This document shows positions 38,657 to 49,037 of a DNA stretch of 64,000 bases, piece by piece; within the stretch, counting starts at the first letter, position 1; the number at the start of each line of letters is the position of its first letter. The translations under genes were made by a program, and so were the position numbers. The stretch is from an uncultured archaeon (GTDB lineage: Archaea; Asgardarchaeota; Thorarchaeia; Thorarchaeales; Thorarchaeaceae). The notes below the pieces were generated by a model that saw only the letters and a program-made list of their open reading frames with translations, was not told where the DNA came from and did not search any database. Where the stretch lies: NCBI GenBank assembly GCA_964631415.1, contig CAZVZC010000002.1, forward strand, positions 61,952 through 125,951. Direction: 5' to 3'.

Positions 38657-39343
38657 CTAGCTCCCACGCTTCGACAGACGGCAATCGATTATTGGCAGTA
38701 TGCCATCCAGGGAACTAACAACAATCTTCGCGCCAGCAGAGAGCAAGGTCGCTCGATCGGTTTCACCAGTCGTGACCCCCCAGAACTCGATGCCAGCCCT
38801 GGACGCTGCAGCCCCATCTATGGACGCGTCTCCGACATATACGACCTGATTAGAACGTACTCCAAGATTCCTCACGATTGTCCTAAGACCATCAGGGTAT
38901 GGCTTGGGGCTAGGTGACTCGTTTCGTGTCTGTATGATATCAAACAGATGCTCCAATGGGATGACCTTCAGCATGATATCCACTGCAAACCGTCCATTGT
39001 TTGTGAGTATAGCTGTCTTGAGGCCACGTGCTCTGACCTTTCGCACAGTTTCTAATGCCCCCTCTATCACCTTGGCTTCACCTGCCACACTGCCCTCGTA
39101 CTCACTCAGCATCAAGTCCACCTCCGCTTCCATTCGTTCCCAATCGGCAAGTGTCGTGCCCTGGGAGAGAAAATAGCTCTTTGCTTTCATTGTGGAACTG
39201 GAGATTCCGTCCGATTGGTCGAAGACTCCCGGAGGCAGGCCTCTGGCCAAGTAGTACACCTTTGTGTCCTCACGCATCGCCTCTAGAGGGAGAGTCAAGA
39301 CGGTCAGGGTCCCATCGAGATCGAATACCATGGCCTTCAGCAT
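38657..39343 (-). CDS. HAD-superfamily phosphatase (HAD-IA)
   Basis: MVFDLDGTLT, AILTNNG and YVGDASID motifs. The internal ATG at 39343 is preferred over the listed 39487. Confidence 0.65.
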   Translation of the reverse strand: MLKAMVFDLDGTLTVLTLPLEAMREDTKVYYLARGLPPGVFDQSDGISSSTMKAKSYFLSQGTTLADWERMEAEVDLMLSEYEGSVAGEAKVIEGALETVRKVRARGLKTAILTNNGRFAVDIMLKVIPLEHLFDIIQTRNESPSPKPYPDGLRTIVRNLGVRSNQVVYVGDASIDGAAASRAGIEFWGVTTGETDRATLLSAGAKIVVSSLDGILPIIDCRLSKRGS

Positions 39344-39483
39344 GGCTTTTCCCGTGCCCGATTCATGCTGACCCGCACTTAAGGCTAGCCTCGCTTGGTT
39401 CGTAACAATCGCAGGCCAGCCCGCCTGCATCTGAACCAGAAATGTGCAATTCGACCCAGTCATCAATCGGTGGCGCAAGCAAA

Positions 39484-39996
39484 TCACGGTGAGTAAACCA
39501 GTGCCTTGACGCAGGTAGCATCCATGTTCGCTGCTCGGACGACTTCCATCTTGACTTTGGGTGATACACCTTCAGCGATCGCTCTCACGTATGGCAGACA
39601 CACGGAATCACAGTAGAGCTTGCCCTGCTTTGCAAACGCTTCATACTGAGGACAATACGGATGGTTTGTTTCAACCCGTGTCGTTGAAACCCATTTTGGT
39701 ACCATCTTAGCACCCATGACATTGCCCACTACTATCCATGCATCTAGCGAGTCGCGCAGGGTGTCACCGAGTCCCAGACGAGCTTTCATTGTCGCGGCAC
39801 CCTCCGTGCCCAAGTTCCGGAAGATCTCTGCGACAGCATCGAGGCCAGCTTGCCCAAACCTCTCTTCGAGCACAGCTGGCATCTCGGTCATGAGCCTATT
39901 CAGGTTGCCCCTGAGTTCCTTCACCTTGCTTCCAGCGGGGATTAGCCCCTTCACAGCGGCGGTCTTCGTGATTCCCATTTGTGGATCCTCCAGCAT
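39484..39996 (-). CDS. Hypothetical protein (170 aa)
   Basis: ORF with Cys-containing C-terminal half (CPQYEAF...CDSVCLPY). No confident family. Confidence 0.4.
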   Translation of the reverse strand: MLEDPQMGITKTAAVKGLIPAGSKVKELRGNLNRLMTEMPAVLEERFGQAGLDAVAEIFRNLGTEGAATMKARLGLGDTLRDSLDAWIVVGNVMGAKMVPKWVSTTRVETNHPYCPQYEAFAKQGKLYCDSVCLPYVRAIAEGVSPKVKMEVVRAANMDATCVKALVYSP

Positions 39997-40179
39997 TCAG
40001 AGCTTCACTGTCAGAGGGACCGCAGTCTGCTAATGGGTCGTATTAGTCTTCCTCTTAGACAAGTCTGGCAAGCGGGTCGTCCCTATAGGCCCTCGGTACT
40101 GTCAGTTTCTTCTAGCTGACGGCTGAGATGTTCATTCTCGTCCTCTCTGGACAATGTTCTTTAGATAAGAATCGGTCGC

Positions 40180-41217
40180 ATGAACGGCGAAAGGATCTTG
40201 GAGCTCGAAGGTGTTGATTTGACAAGCATGAGGAGCATGGTCCTCAGGTTTCCTGAGCTACTCGTTGCCAAGAAGCCCGACAGCCGTTTCCTAGAGAGAG
40301 CAAGGAGAACAGGAGAGTCCGGCATCGATGGAATCTGCCTAGTCGGCATGGGGGGCAGCTCCATTGCCGGAGAGATCTGCCGCGGGCTTCTGCTCGACCA
40401 GTCCAGTGTACCGATACTCACGGTGAAGAACTACAGCTTGCCCAACGCGGTTGGCAGGAAGTGGGCTGTTGTTGTAGTGAGCTACTCTGGTGACACAGAG
40501 GAAACACTGTCTTCTTTTGAGGATGCCCGCTCGAGAAGAGCAACCATCTTTGTCATCACAACAGGAGGAACTCTGGCAAAGCGTGCTCAAAGTGCGAGCA
40601 TGCACGTAGTCCCGAAGGGACTTCAGCCACGGGCGGCTTTGCCGCTGATGTATTCTGCCGTACATCCCACTGTTGAAGCGCTCTCAGGTCTTGAGGCAAC
40701 AGACCTAGAGCGAGTGGCAACGACTCTTCGGCAACAAGCTCAGGACTGGGGAGCGAGAGCCGACTCTCCATCAACACTGGCGGAGAAACTAAAGGATTCC
40801 ATACCCCTGTTCATAGGATGGAAGCACTTGGTCCCGATTGCCTACAGAGCAAAGTGTCAGATAAACGAGAATGCAAAAACCGTTGCGTTTCATTCAGAGC
40901 TGCCAGAGGCAGACCACAATGAGATTGAAGCCGCCATGTCTTATGGTAGACACTCCGTCGTTCCAGTCTTCCTCAGAAGCTGTTTTGAGGAGAGTGCAAT
41001 CCGGAGGCGTTTCGACGTGACTTCCGAAGTGTTGTCTGGGGCCGGATGTGAATCAATTCATCTCAGAATCAGGACTGACTCACTGCTTGAGGAGTCACTG
41101 GCGATGACTCACTTCCTTGACATGACATCAGTTGATCTTGCAGAACGTCTTGGCGTTGACCCACTGAGGGTTGACAGGATTGCTCATCTCAAGAAAGAAC
41201 TCGCGGCCGACGCTTAG
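40180..41217 (+). CDS. Bifunctional phosphoglucose/phosphomannose isomerase (archaeal PGI/PMI, SIS domain)
   Basis: SIS-domain motifs GMGGSSIAG and SYSGDTEET. Length and layout match archaeal PGI/PMI. Confidence 0.65.
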   Translation: MNGERILELEGVDLTSMRSMVLRFPELLVAKKPDSRFLERARRTGESGIDGICLVGMGGSSIAGEICRGLLLDQSSVPILTVKNYSLPNAVGRKWAVVVVSYSGDTEETLSSFEDARSRRATIFVITTGGTLAKRAQSASMHVVPKGLQPRAALPLMYSAVHPTVEALSGLEATDLERVATTLRQQAQDWGARADSPSTLAEKLKDSIPLFIGWKHLVPIAYRAKCQINENAKTVAFHSELPEADHNEIEAAMSYGRHSVVPVFLRSCFEESAIRRRFDVTSEVLSGAGCESIHLRIRTDSLLEESLAMTHFLDMTSVDLAERLGVDPLRVDRIAHLKKELAADA

Positions 41218-41325
41218 CCACTTGAATCCTCTGAGCTGAATATATCGCAATCGGGAGACGGCAGCATTGTCCTTGGTTGGATAAGAAAAGAAGGAGAGGG
41301 AGCCAAAGCCCCCTCTCTGCCAAAA

Positions 41326-43155
41326 TCACTTCTGCCTTAGCAGGACGTATCCACCGACTAGGATGACGACAGCCGCGCCTACTGCACCCGCGACAACTGC
41401 CATTGTGAAGTCAGGTCCGGTCGGATTTGCTTCTGGTGTAGTCGTGGGTGGGACCGTTGCTGGTCTGTAGAAGTAGCTCGGGTTGCGTGTTTGCTCACAG
41501 AACTCGCCTGCAACATACTCAGACACATTAAACGGCCCTGAGGTCACCATCACCTCGCCAGGAGGCTGTGGGTTCCAACTGTTCCAGTTGGCTGGGCCAA
41601 TCGATTCGAAGACGTGCTTCGGAATGACAGGCTTGTAGGCAACTGTGTGCAGGTGCCAGTATGACTCAGTGCTGAACTCAACCACAAGCTGGTATGTTGT
41701 TGTCTGATAGGCTGCAGTCATCTCAGTCAAATCAGAACCATACACGTTGCCGTGGGCGTCACGATAGTAGTTCAAGGTGAATGCCGCATCCTCAGCTGTC
41801 AGAGGGTGACCATCAGTCCAGGTCGCGTTCTGAATCATGTTGAACACGAATCTGGTATGACCTTCTGGCACGCTATCGTCGTCTGCGTGAGTGCCGGCTG
41901 TGTACGACTCAGCCAACCACATCACATCGCGACCCTGCGGGTCTTGCACAATCAGACTGTCGTACAGTTGATTCAGAACATTCTGAGTGTATGCAGACGT
42001 GCTGGTCATGTGGTTGAACGTGTCAAGATCCAACGGGTTGCTCCATCGGAATGTCCCTCCAAACGGACCACCCTGAGACTGCTTCAGATGTATCTTGTAG
42101 TTGGTCCAGAAGCTGGGCACGCCATCGTTCACATCGTTGACGAAGCCCTCGAACTTGTCAGTCCTGTATGCTGAGAGCAGGATGTTCTCGTAGCAGATGA
42201 TTTGAGGGCACTCATAGACCCAGATTCTCTGCATCTCTATGGCTGCCTCGTAAACGTCCTCATATTGCGTCGAGTGAAGCAGCTGATCTCTCCATGAGTC
42301 GTATGAGGCATTTCTGAAGTTGCAGAAGTTCCAGTACGGTTCGTCTGCATACTCAGACCAGAACTCATATGCAAGCCAGTCAACATCCATTGAGTTGAAC
42401 CCTGAGCCCAAGAACACTATGTCATAGTCGCCGTGGAAGTAGAGACGGTTCAAGTATTCGTAGAAATCAGTAGCCTGAGAATCCGCCTGGACGTGCAGGG
42501 CCGTAAGGGCGTCCGCTACAACTTCACCCACTTCGATGGCGATGTTCGAGCTCTGGGAGCATTCGACAAGAATGTCAAAATCACTGCCGTCAGGTGCTTC
42601 TCTGAATCCATCCATGTCGACATCTGCAAAGCCTGCAGCGTCAAGCATCTGGTTGCCCGCAGCGACATTGGCTTCGTAGTATGTGTAGGCCAGGAGACCT
42701 TCACAGGAGAATGGGTTTACCTTGGGCACACATGAGTCAAGTGGCTCCGACAGCCCGTCCCAGACCTGGTCGGAGATCCTTTCCTTGTCTACGGCGAAGG
42801 CGAGAGCTCTTCTGAAAGCTGTCACGTTGAGTGGGTACTTAGCTGTGTTGATGGTCACGTACCCGTACCCGTTCCTGAGTACATTTGTGACCTCGATGTT
42901 GTCTGCCGCCTGCAGAGATGGCAGGTAGGCAGGATCTATTTGTTCACCAATGAGATCGATCTCATTGTTTTGCAGCGCGAGGACTTGCTGGTCATCGCCT
43001 GTGATGACCCGAAAGACGAGCTTGTCCACAAAAGGTCCCGTCTTCAGGCCAAACAGTTCTGTCTGCGCTGTGACGAAAGCCGGTGAGACTGCCATCAGCG
43101 CAAACGCGACGACAAGAGATAGAGAGAGAATCCTCTTTGCAGCCGTGCGATTCAC
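41326..43155 (-). CDS. Peptide/nickel ABC transporter substrate-binding protein (family 5) with C-terminal TM anchor, copy 1
   Basis: Signal peptide, ~560-aa family-5 SBP body, Thr/Pro linker and a C-terminal TM (AVVAGAVGAAVVILVGGYVLLRQK). GGAGG RBS. ~70% identical to copy 2. Confidence 0.85.
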   Translation of the reverse strand: MNRTAAKRILSLSLVVAFALMAVSPAFVTAQTELFGLKTGPFVDKLVFRVITGDDQQVLALQNNEIDLIGEQIDPAYLPSLQAADNIEVTNVLRNGYGYVTINTAKYPLNVTAFRRALAFAVDKERISDQVWDGLSEPLDSCVPKVNPFSCEGLLAYTYYEANVAAGNQMLDAAGFADVDMDGFREAPDGSDFDILVECSQSSNIAIEVGEVVADALTALHVQADSQATDFYEYLNRLYFHGDYDIVFLGSGFNSMDVDWLAYEFWSEYADEPYWNFCNFRNASYDSWRDQLLHSTQYEDVYEAAIEMQRIWVYECPQIICYENILLSAYRTDKFEGFVNDVNDGVPSFWTNYKIHLKQSQGGPFGGTFRWSNPLDLDTFNHMTSTSAYTQNVLNQLYDSLIVQDPQGRDVMWLAESYTAGTHADDDSVPEGHTRFVFNMIQNATWTDGHPLTAEDAAFTLNYYRDAHGNVYGSDLTEMTAAYQTTTYQLVVEFSTESYWHLHTVAYKPVIPKHVFESIGPANWNSWNPQPPGEVMVTSGPFNVSEYVAGEFCEQTRNPSYFYRPATVPPTTTPEANPTGPDFTMAVVAGAVGAAVVILVGGYVLLRQK

Positions 43156-43468
43156 TTTTAGTTAGCCTCCTCACTACCGAGTCAGAATGACACACCAGTG
43201 ATTTACCAGACATAATTAAAGCGTGCTTATGTTTTATTCAGCACATTAACGGCCTGAATGAGTAGCCTTAATAACAAACGGCCGTATCAGTGCCGATTTG
43301 CGTCGACACGAACGCTTAAAAGGCGTATTTCTGTCCTCGGTCGGCCTCTTGTGAGTGATTCGAGCACGTTGCGCGTATCGACATAGATGATCGGGTGTGT
43401 CTGGGAACACGCACAAAGATTCGTCTAGTCTGAGCATCCAAGTAGTACCGGCCATGACTGAGCTTGTT

Positions 43469-44008
43469 TCATCCCGCAGTGTAGCCTTCGTGACTGAAAA
43501 CCAATACACGAAAAGACTCGGCCCGCGAATGGAACAGGTGATAGAACATAGTGACGCGCACACCGAAGATCCACTCTCCTAGGCTCGAGGCGTTGTACAG
43601 AATCAGTTTATCGAGCCGTTCTGTGATTGTACCACTCACTGTGATGTTCCTGTCGTACCCCGATGTTAGGATACGTTCAGCACCTATGATTGACCTTTCG
43701 AAGGATGTGTAGGCCAAGGTCTTATTGTCGACATAGACCGTCGTCGAAAGATACATCATATACGCCTCGCCACTTGCCACCTGCGGCGCCCTCACATTGA
43801 AAATCAAGACCATGCTTGGATTTACAGACTCATTCGCTGGGTCCAATGCATAGATCAGGACATCCTCAAGGTCAAAGTGAAGGTGCTGAATGATGATGCC
43901 GCTCCCTGTGTAGAAAGAAGTGGTCGAAACGAGACCAATGCCACTCATCACGCCAAGAATGACTGTGATGGCAATCACTACGTTTTGGGGTCTCGTGTTA
44001 GATAGCAT
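43469..44008 (-). CDS. Hypothetical membrane-anchored protein
   Basis: An N-terminal TM helix followed by a ~150-aa beta-rich domain. Confidence 0.4.
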   Translation of the reverse strand: MLSNTRPQNVVIAITVILGVMSGIGLVSTTSFYTGSGIIIQHLHFDLEDVLIYALDPANESVNPSMVLIFNVRAPQVASGEAYMMYLSTTVYVDNKTLAYTSFERSIIGAERILTSGYDRNITVSGTITERLDKLILYNASSLGEWIFGVRVTMFYHLFHSRAESFRVLVFSHEGYTAG

Positions 44009-44076
44009 CGTTCGTCAGACAGTCGCTTCATCCCGATGAATATCACCCTTGCGCTTGGCGCATCAAGAACATGCTG

Positions 44077-44946
44077 TCAAGAGGCATAGAGAGCAAGTGC
44101 CACTATGTGTATGAGCCAAGGGAAAACGCCCAACAACGCAGGCAATGGTATCGCGGGCAGGGGTTCTCCCGGACGTGCAATCACTGTAGCATTGATGAAG
44201 ATGCCGAGTCCAGTCAGGGCCAACGTCATCGCTGACACATAGGGTGGAAAGAACACAAGTGAATGAGTAGCGATGAGCGAGTAGACAATGTAGTCGCCAA
44301 CTCCGACAGACACTAGACCTGACTTGATGCGAGTGTAGTCAAACGGATCAGACCCTATATGATCGATGACCTGCTCTGTCTGGGTTGCTGGTGAGAACCG
44401 GATCAGGGAATAATCCTCCACTATGATCGATGCTATGAGCACAACCATACTACTGGTGACCATCGTAATGCCTAGGAATGTGCCAAAGATGCTTCCATAG
44501 AATGCCACAAGCACGTTTCTCAGAACTGGCGGAACGACATCTATCATGACGAGCACGATGGATATCATGGAAACACCCAACGACAGAAACAGTACGACGC
44601 CCTGCAATACATCTGTCGACCCTTTGAACAAGACGAGAAGCAATGCTTGACTCAGAAAAACAGAAACAAATCCAAGAATCGGCGAAACAAGAAACGCCAC
44701 GACAAGGCGTCTGGCACCGTGCCCGCCCCTTTCAACAACCCAGAACAGGGCCAGCACGACGATCATCCCCAGAGCGGTAGACACAATCGCCTGTGTCGCC
44801 AGCTCAATTGGAGTGAAGCTGTAGGTGCTGCTCACTATCTCTCCAATCAACGAACTGTCAAGCACAGAAACCACTATGACGGAGCCTATGAACAAGGGCA
44901 ACAGGGACAGTAGTAGAAGCAAACCGCGCTCCTTGTCCAGTTTCAT
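44077..44946 (-). CDS. Presenilin / signal-peptide-peptidase family (A22) intramembrane aspartyl protease homolog
   Basis: A GxGD motif (VGVGDYIVYS) and a PAL motif (PLPALLGVF) in a polytopic membrane protein. The start ATG 44946 is preceded by AGGAGA. The longer listed ORF (45111) would abut SBP2. Confidence 0.6.
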   Translation of the reverse strand: MKLDKERGLLLLLSLLPLFIGSVIVVSVLDSSLIGEIVSSTYSFTPIELATQAIVSTALGMIVVLALFWVVERGGHGARRLVVAFLVSPILGFVSVFLSQALLLVLFKGSTDVLQGVVLFLSLGVSMISIVLVMIDVVPPVLRNVLVAFYGSIFGTFLGITMVTSSMVVLIASIIVEDYSLIRFSPATQTEQVIDHIGSDPFDYTRIKSGLVSVGVGDYIVYSLIATHSLVFFPPYVSAMTLALTGLGIFINATVIARPGEPLPAIPLPALLGVFPWLIHIVALALYAS

Positions 44947-45115
44947 GTCGAATCTCCTGTAAGACCGTAGGCAGTTGGTCATAAAGAGGATGCCTTTGAA
45001 GCAATCCGGAGCCAAATGAGCAATACTTAGAACCTTACCACTACTCGAGAAACCACAGTCACAGGCCAAAAAAAAAGAAACAAAGAAGGGGACTGAAGTC
45101 CCCTTCTGCACTAGT

Positions 45116-46942
45116 CTACTTCTGCCTCAGAAGGATGTATCCACCAACGAGGATGACTACAGCTGCACCAACTGCACCTGCAACAACAGCAAGTGTGAAG
45201 TTGGCCGGCGTTGTGGTGGTTGTCGTTATGGTTGTGGTTGGTGTCCTGTCCAGACCGTAGAAGTAGTTCGGGTTCCAACTCTCCTCACAGAACTCGCCTG
45301 CGATGTACTCAGACACGTTGAACGGTCCTGAGGTCACCATTTCCTGAGTTGGAGGCTGTGGGTTCCATGTGTTCCAGTTGGCTGCGCCAATCGCCTCGAA
45401 TACGTGCTTCGGAATGATAGGCTTGTAGGCAACTGTGTGCAGGTGCCAGTATGACACGGTAGCGAACTCGACCACAAGTTGGTAGGTGGTTGTCGAATAC
45501 GCTGCTGTCATATCGGTCAGATCTGCACCATATGGATTACCTGGTGCCTCACGGAAGAAGTTCAGGGAGAACGCTACATCTTCAGCTGTCAGAGGCACAC
45601 CATCAGTCCAGGTTGCATTCTGGAGGATATTGAATGTGAACCTAGTGTGACCTGCCGGCACAGCCGGATTGTCGGTGTGAGTCTCGGCAACATACGACTC
45701 AGCCAGCCAGTTCACGTCAACACCCTGTGAGTCCTGGATGATCAGACTGTCGTATAGCTGGTTGAGCACGTTCATGGTGTATGCTGATGAGCTCGCCATG
45801 AAGTTGAACGTGTCAAGGTCCAACGGGTTGCTCCATCGGAATGTCCCTCCAAACGGACCACCTTGAGAATCCTTCAGGTTTACCAAGTAGTTGGTCCACC
45901 ATCCGGGCACACCAGCGTTGACGTCGTTGACGAAACCTTCGAACTTGTCAGTCCTGTACGCTGAGAGCAGAACGTTCTCGTAGCAGATGATTTGAGGGCA
46001 CTCATAGACCCAGACCTTCTGCATCTCTATTGCAGCTTCGTAGACGTCGTCGTAGTCTGTCGAGTGAAGCAGCTGGTCCCTCCATGCGTCATAGGAGGAG
46101 TTGGCCCAGCAGGGGAAGTTCCAGTATGGTTCGTGGGCGTACTCAGACCAGAACTCGTACCCAAGCCAGTCAACGTCCATGTTGGTAAAGCTTGCACCGA
46201 GGAATACGATGTCGAAGTCGCCGTGGAAGTAGAGACGGTTCAGGTACTCGTAGAAGTCAGTTGGCTCGGACGTTGCTTGGACGTGTAGAGCGACTAATGC
46301 CTGAGCAACTTTCTGGCCAACCTCAATGGCTATGGGTGAGGACGAAGCACACTCGACAAGGACATCAAAGTCGTCGCCGTGAGGTCCCTCACGGATGGTG
46401 TCGTTGTCAACGTCAAGGAAATAGGCTGCGTCCAGCAGCTGGTTGCCCTTGGCGACATTCGCCTCATAGTAGGTGTAGGGCAGAAGACCCTCAATTGAGA
46501 ATGGGTTCACCTGTGGCACACAGGAGTCCTGTGGCGAGGATAGACCATCCCATACCTGATCCGATATCGCTTCCTTGTCAAGAGCAAAAGCGAGTGCTCT
46601 CCTGAAGGACGTGTAGTTGAATGGATACTTGTCGGTCTTGATCACGACGTAGCCGTACCCATTCCTGAGTACGTTCACTACGTCGATGCTCTCTGCCGCC
46701 TGTAGAGCTGGCAGATATGTGGGATTGACCATCTCACCGATAAGGTCAATCTCGTTGTTCTGGAGCGCTAGCACCTCTTGGTCTTCTCCTGTTATGACCC
46801 TGAAGACAAGCTTGTCCACATACGGTCCACTCTTTGAACCGGACACTGTGAGTGAAGTCACAAACAGTGGTGAAACTGCCATCAGGGCAAAAGCAGCGAC
46901 CAGCGAGATAGCAAGCACTCTCCTTGCACGACTGCTAAACAT
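45116..46942 (-). CDS. Peptide/nickel ABC transporter substrate-binding protein with C-terminal TM anchor, copy 2
   Basis: Paralog of 41326..43155, with a poly-Thr linker (TTTITTTTTTP) and a C-terminal TM. Confidence 0.85.
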   Translation of the reverse strand: MFSSRARRVLAISLVAAFALMAVSPLFVTSLTVSGSKSGPYVDKLVFRVITGEDQEVLALQNNEIDLIGEMVNPTYLPALQAAESIDVVNVLRNGYGYVVIKTDKYPFNYTSFRRALAFALDKEAISDQVWDGLSSPQDSCVPQVNPFSIEGLLPYTYYEANVAKGNQLLDAAYFLDVDNDTIREGPHGDDFDVLVECASSSPIAIEVGQKVAQALVALHVQATSEPTDFYEYLNRLYFHGDFDIVFLGASFTNMDVDWLGYEFWSEYAHEPYWNFPCWANSSYDAWRDQLLHSTDYDDVYEAAIEMQKVWVYECPQIICYENVLLSAYRTDKFEGFVNDVNAGVPGWWTNYLVNLKDSQGGPFGGTFRWSNPLDLDTFNFMASSSAYTMNVLNQLYDSLIIQDSQGVDVNWLAESYVAETHTDNPAVPAGHTRFTFNILQNATWTDGVPLTAEDVAFSLNFFREAPGNPYGADLTDMTAAYSTTTYQLVVEFATVSYWHLHTVAYKPIIPKHVFEAIGAANWNTWNPQPPTQEMVTSGPFNVSEYIAGEFCEESWNPNYFYGLDRTPTTTITTTTTTPANFTLAVVAGAVGAAVVILVGGYILLRQK

Positions 46943-47248
46943 TTTCTCTCTCTATCTCCTCCGAGTCGAAGACGGATTAGTCTTCCTGACAAGGTACGCC
47001 TAATAAAAGGCTTATGTAGGGTGGGATACACATAGGAAGGACTCGATTTGGGGGGTCACTGCATCGGGTCGCCAGAGAAAGCCCAGTCGGACAACGTGAG
47101 CAGAACACGAACTTACAGCTTATAGAAGGCGTTGACTCGAGGCCTGCATCTTGCTGCATGAAATACGGGAAATGGACAAAGCCAGAACAGGCGTAGCTGT
47201 GGATTCCGCCTGTGGTGGTGATCTCTGTGTGCCTGCGTTCCTTGCCGC

Positions 47249-47900
47249 CTATCGCTCCCTGAGCCGCGGGTTGAGAATTTGATCAAGAGTATGGCCAACA
47301 AACGTAAAGGACAGCGAGAGGATGGTTATCATGAGGCCCGGGAATATCACAATCCACCAAGCTCCATTACTAAAACCTCCCGAGCCCTGAGCATCGGCCA
47401 ACATTCGACCCCAGCTGGGTTGACTTGGATCGGTCAGGCCGAGAAACGCCAGTCCAGACTCGGAGAGGATAGCACCTACTACACCAAGAGTCACATCGGC
47501 GAACAAGATGGGCGTGACGTTTGGGAAGATGTGACGGTAGATGATGTAAGTGTCCGACGCCCCAATCGCGCGAGCTGACTCCACATAGGCCTTGTTCTTT
47601 TCGGCCATGACTTGAGACCGTATGAGTCTCGACGTCCCAGTCCACCCTAGCAATGAAATCACAATAATGATGTTTATGATTGTTGGTCCCAAGAAAGCGG
47701 CCAATACCATCATCAGGGGGAGTCCAGGTATCACAAGAAGGAAGTCGACAATACGCATCAGAATCTCGTCAGTCTTCCCTCCAAAGTAACCTGCGGTCAT
47801 TCCGACAGCAACACCAACTATCGAGGACAGAGCAGTCGCGAGGATGCCAATCAATAGAGAAACCCTACTACCATACACTAGCTGACTCCAAGCGTCAGCA
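47249..47900. repeat. ~80%-identical direct nucleotide repeat shared by the two oppC paralogs (partner at 50279..50930). Similar long direct repeats link the two SBP genes (41326..43155 and 45116..46942).
   Basis: Comparing the 3' gene ends directly (ctatcgctccctgagccgcgggttgag... against ctaccgctctcggagccgcgggttgag...) shows roughly 80% identity. Confidence 0.5.
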
Positions 47901-48829
47901 CCTTTGTCTGTCGTACCGAGGATTCCGAAGTAGTCTCCAAACGCGATCAGACTGAGCTTACGCACGCTGACTGTAACTGACCCGTTGTAGTCCATGTTTG
48001 TGCGCATGTTTCTGGACGGCACAAGACCAACTGCAAGGGTGAGTTCATTGCTGGGATCAGTATCCTTCACTATGCCTTCCCACCCCTCAAGAATATCGAA
48101 GTAGTTGAGGTCAACTGCACGTGTTTGGTAGATGGGAGCATAGGGAGGGTATGACTGGTAGATTCGCCACCAGTTGTCAGCCGAGTCGACAAGCCACATG
48201 TACAGCTTGAACATTAACCCACCCTCTTCACGAGAGGCGAAGTCCCCTGTGGTTTCCATCGCAAATTCTATCGTGACGTTGACATCACTCGGCAGTTTAG
48301 CGTAATTCCAGTCGAATGAATACGAGAAGTACACGAAGTCAAGGCAATCAGGCAGGTTGCCTGTGCTGTCAATGGGCGTGCGAAAGTGTATTGTTTCGTT
48401 TGCCAGATGAGTCCAGGTCATCTCCGCTCGGTTGAAGTCAGTTCCGCCCCCTGACAGCAGATGAGAGTATGAAAACTGGTTCGGGACCGTCCCATTGATA
48501 ACAAACTCAGGGGTCAAGCCCATATTGGGGTCTCTGATGACCTCAGATGTCACGACTCCGCCCGGATCGAAGACCTGCGTCCAAGCCGGGGCCAAGAAGC
48601 TCGGCGCAACCTTGGCACCTGGTGAAGGGCTATACTGAACCAGATACGGGGCTCCAATAGCCATGCCGACGTATGCCAACAGAAGTGCTAAGCCAATGAT
48701 ACCGATTTTGTGCCGCTTGTACTCCTTCCAGAACGCCGTAGATGAAGTGTACCAGTTGCTGTCACGCCAGCTTTTCTTCGTCCTTTTCTCGAGCGTCAAA
48801 CCCAACACCTGCGGATTCATGAGGAGCAA
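47249..48829 (-). CDS. Peptide ABC transporter permease (OppC/DppC-like) with large N-terminal extracytoplasmic domain, copy 1
   Basis: The C-terminal ~280 aa is a BPD_transp_1 core (EILMRIVDFLLVIPGLPLMMVLAAF...). An N-terminal TM is followed by a ~230-aa insert. Confidence 0.85.
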   Translation of the reverse strand: MLLMNPQVLGLTLEKRTKKSWRDSNWYTSSTAFWKEYKRHKIGIIGLALLLAYVGMAIGAPYLVQYSPSPGAKVAPSFLAPAWTQVFDPGGVVTSEVIRDPNMGLTPEFVINGTVPNQFSYSHLLSGGGTDFNRAEMTWTHLANETIHFRTPIDSTGNLPDCLDFVYFSYSFDWNYAKLPSDVNVTIEFAMETTGDFASREEGGLMFKLYMWLVDSADNWWRIYQSYPPYAPIYQTRAVDLNYFDILEGWEGIVKDTDPSNELTLAVGLVPSRNMRTNMDYNGSVTVSVRKLSLIAFGDYFGILGTTDKGADAWSQLVYGSRVSLLIGILATALSSIVGVAVGMTAGYFGGKTDEILMRIVDFLLVIPGLPLMMVLAAFLGPTIINIIIVISLLGWTGTSRLIRSQVMAEKNKAYVESARAIGASDTYIIYRHIFPNVTPILFADVTLGVVGAILSESGLAFLGLTDPSQPSWGRMLADAQGSGGFSNGAWWIVIFPGLMITILSLSFTFVGHTLDQILNPRLRER

Positions 48830-49037
48830 TACAATGCCGGAGGCTGAAAGGCATGTCTTGCCAGTCGGCCAAGTCAGCTAGGACCCCCGGTAAGGAGCCT
48901 GCGGCCTTTGGCATCCTTATCAACGTTATGTATTGAGCCATTCAAACCGCATCAGTTTTCACGATGAGGGATTGCAGGATAAGGATGGGAGAGGAAGAGC
49001 AGAGCCCAGCCGGGCTCCGCATTTCACTGCTCCTTGT

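Noticed and set aside
43201-43260. Possible inverted repeat (GTGCT...AGCAC) in the SBP1 promoter region
   Set aside because: Arms are only 5 bp with a 12-nt spacer, which is indistinguishable from chance.
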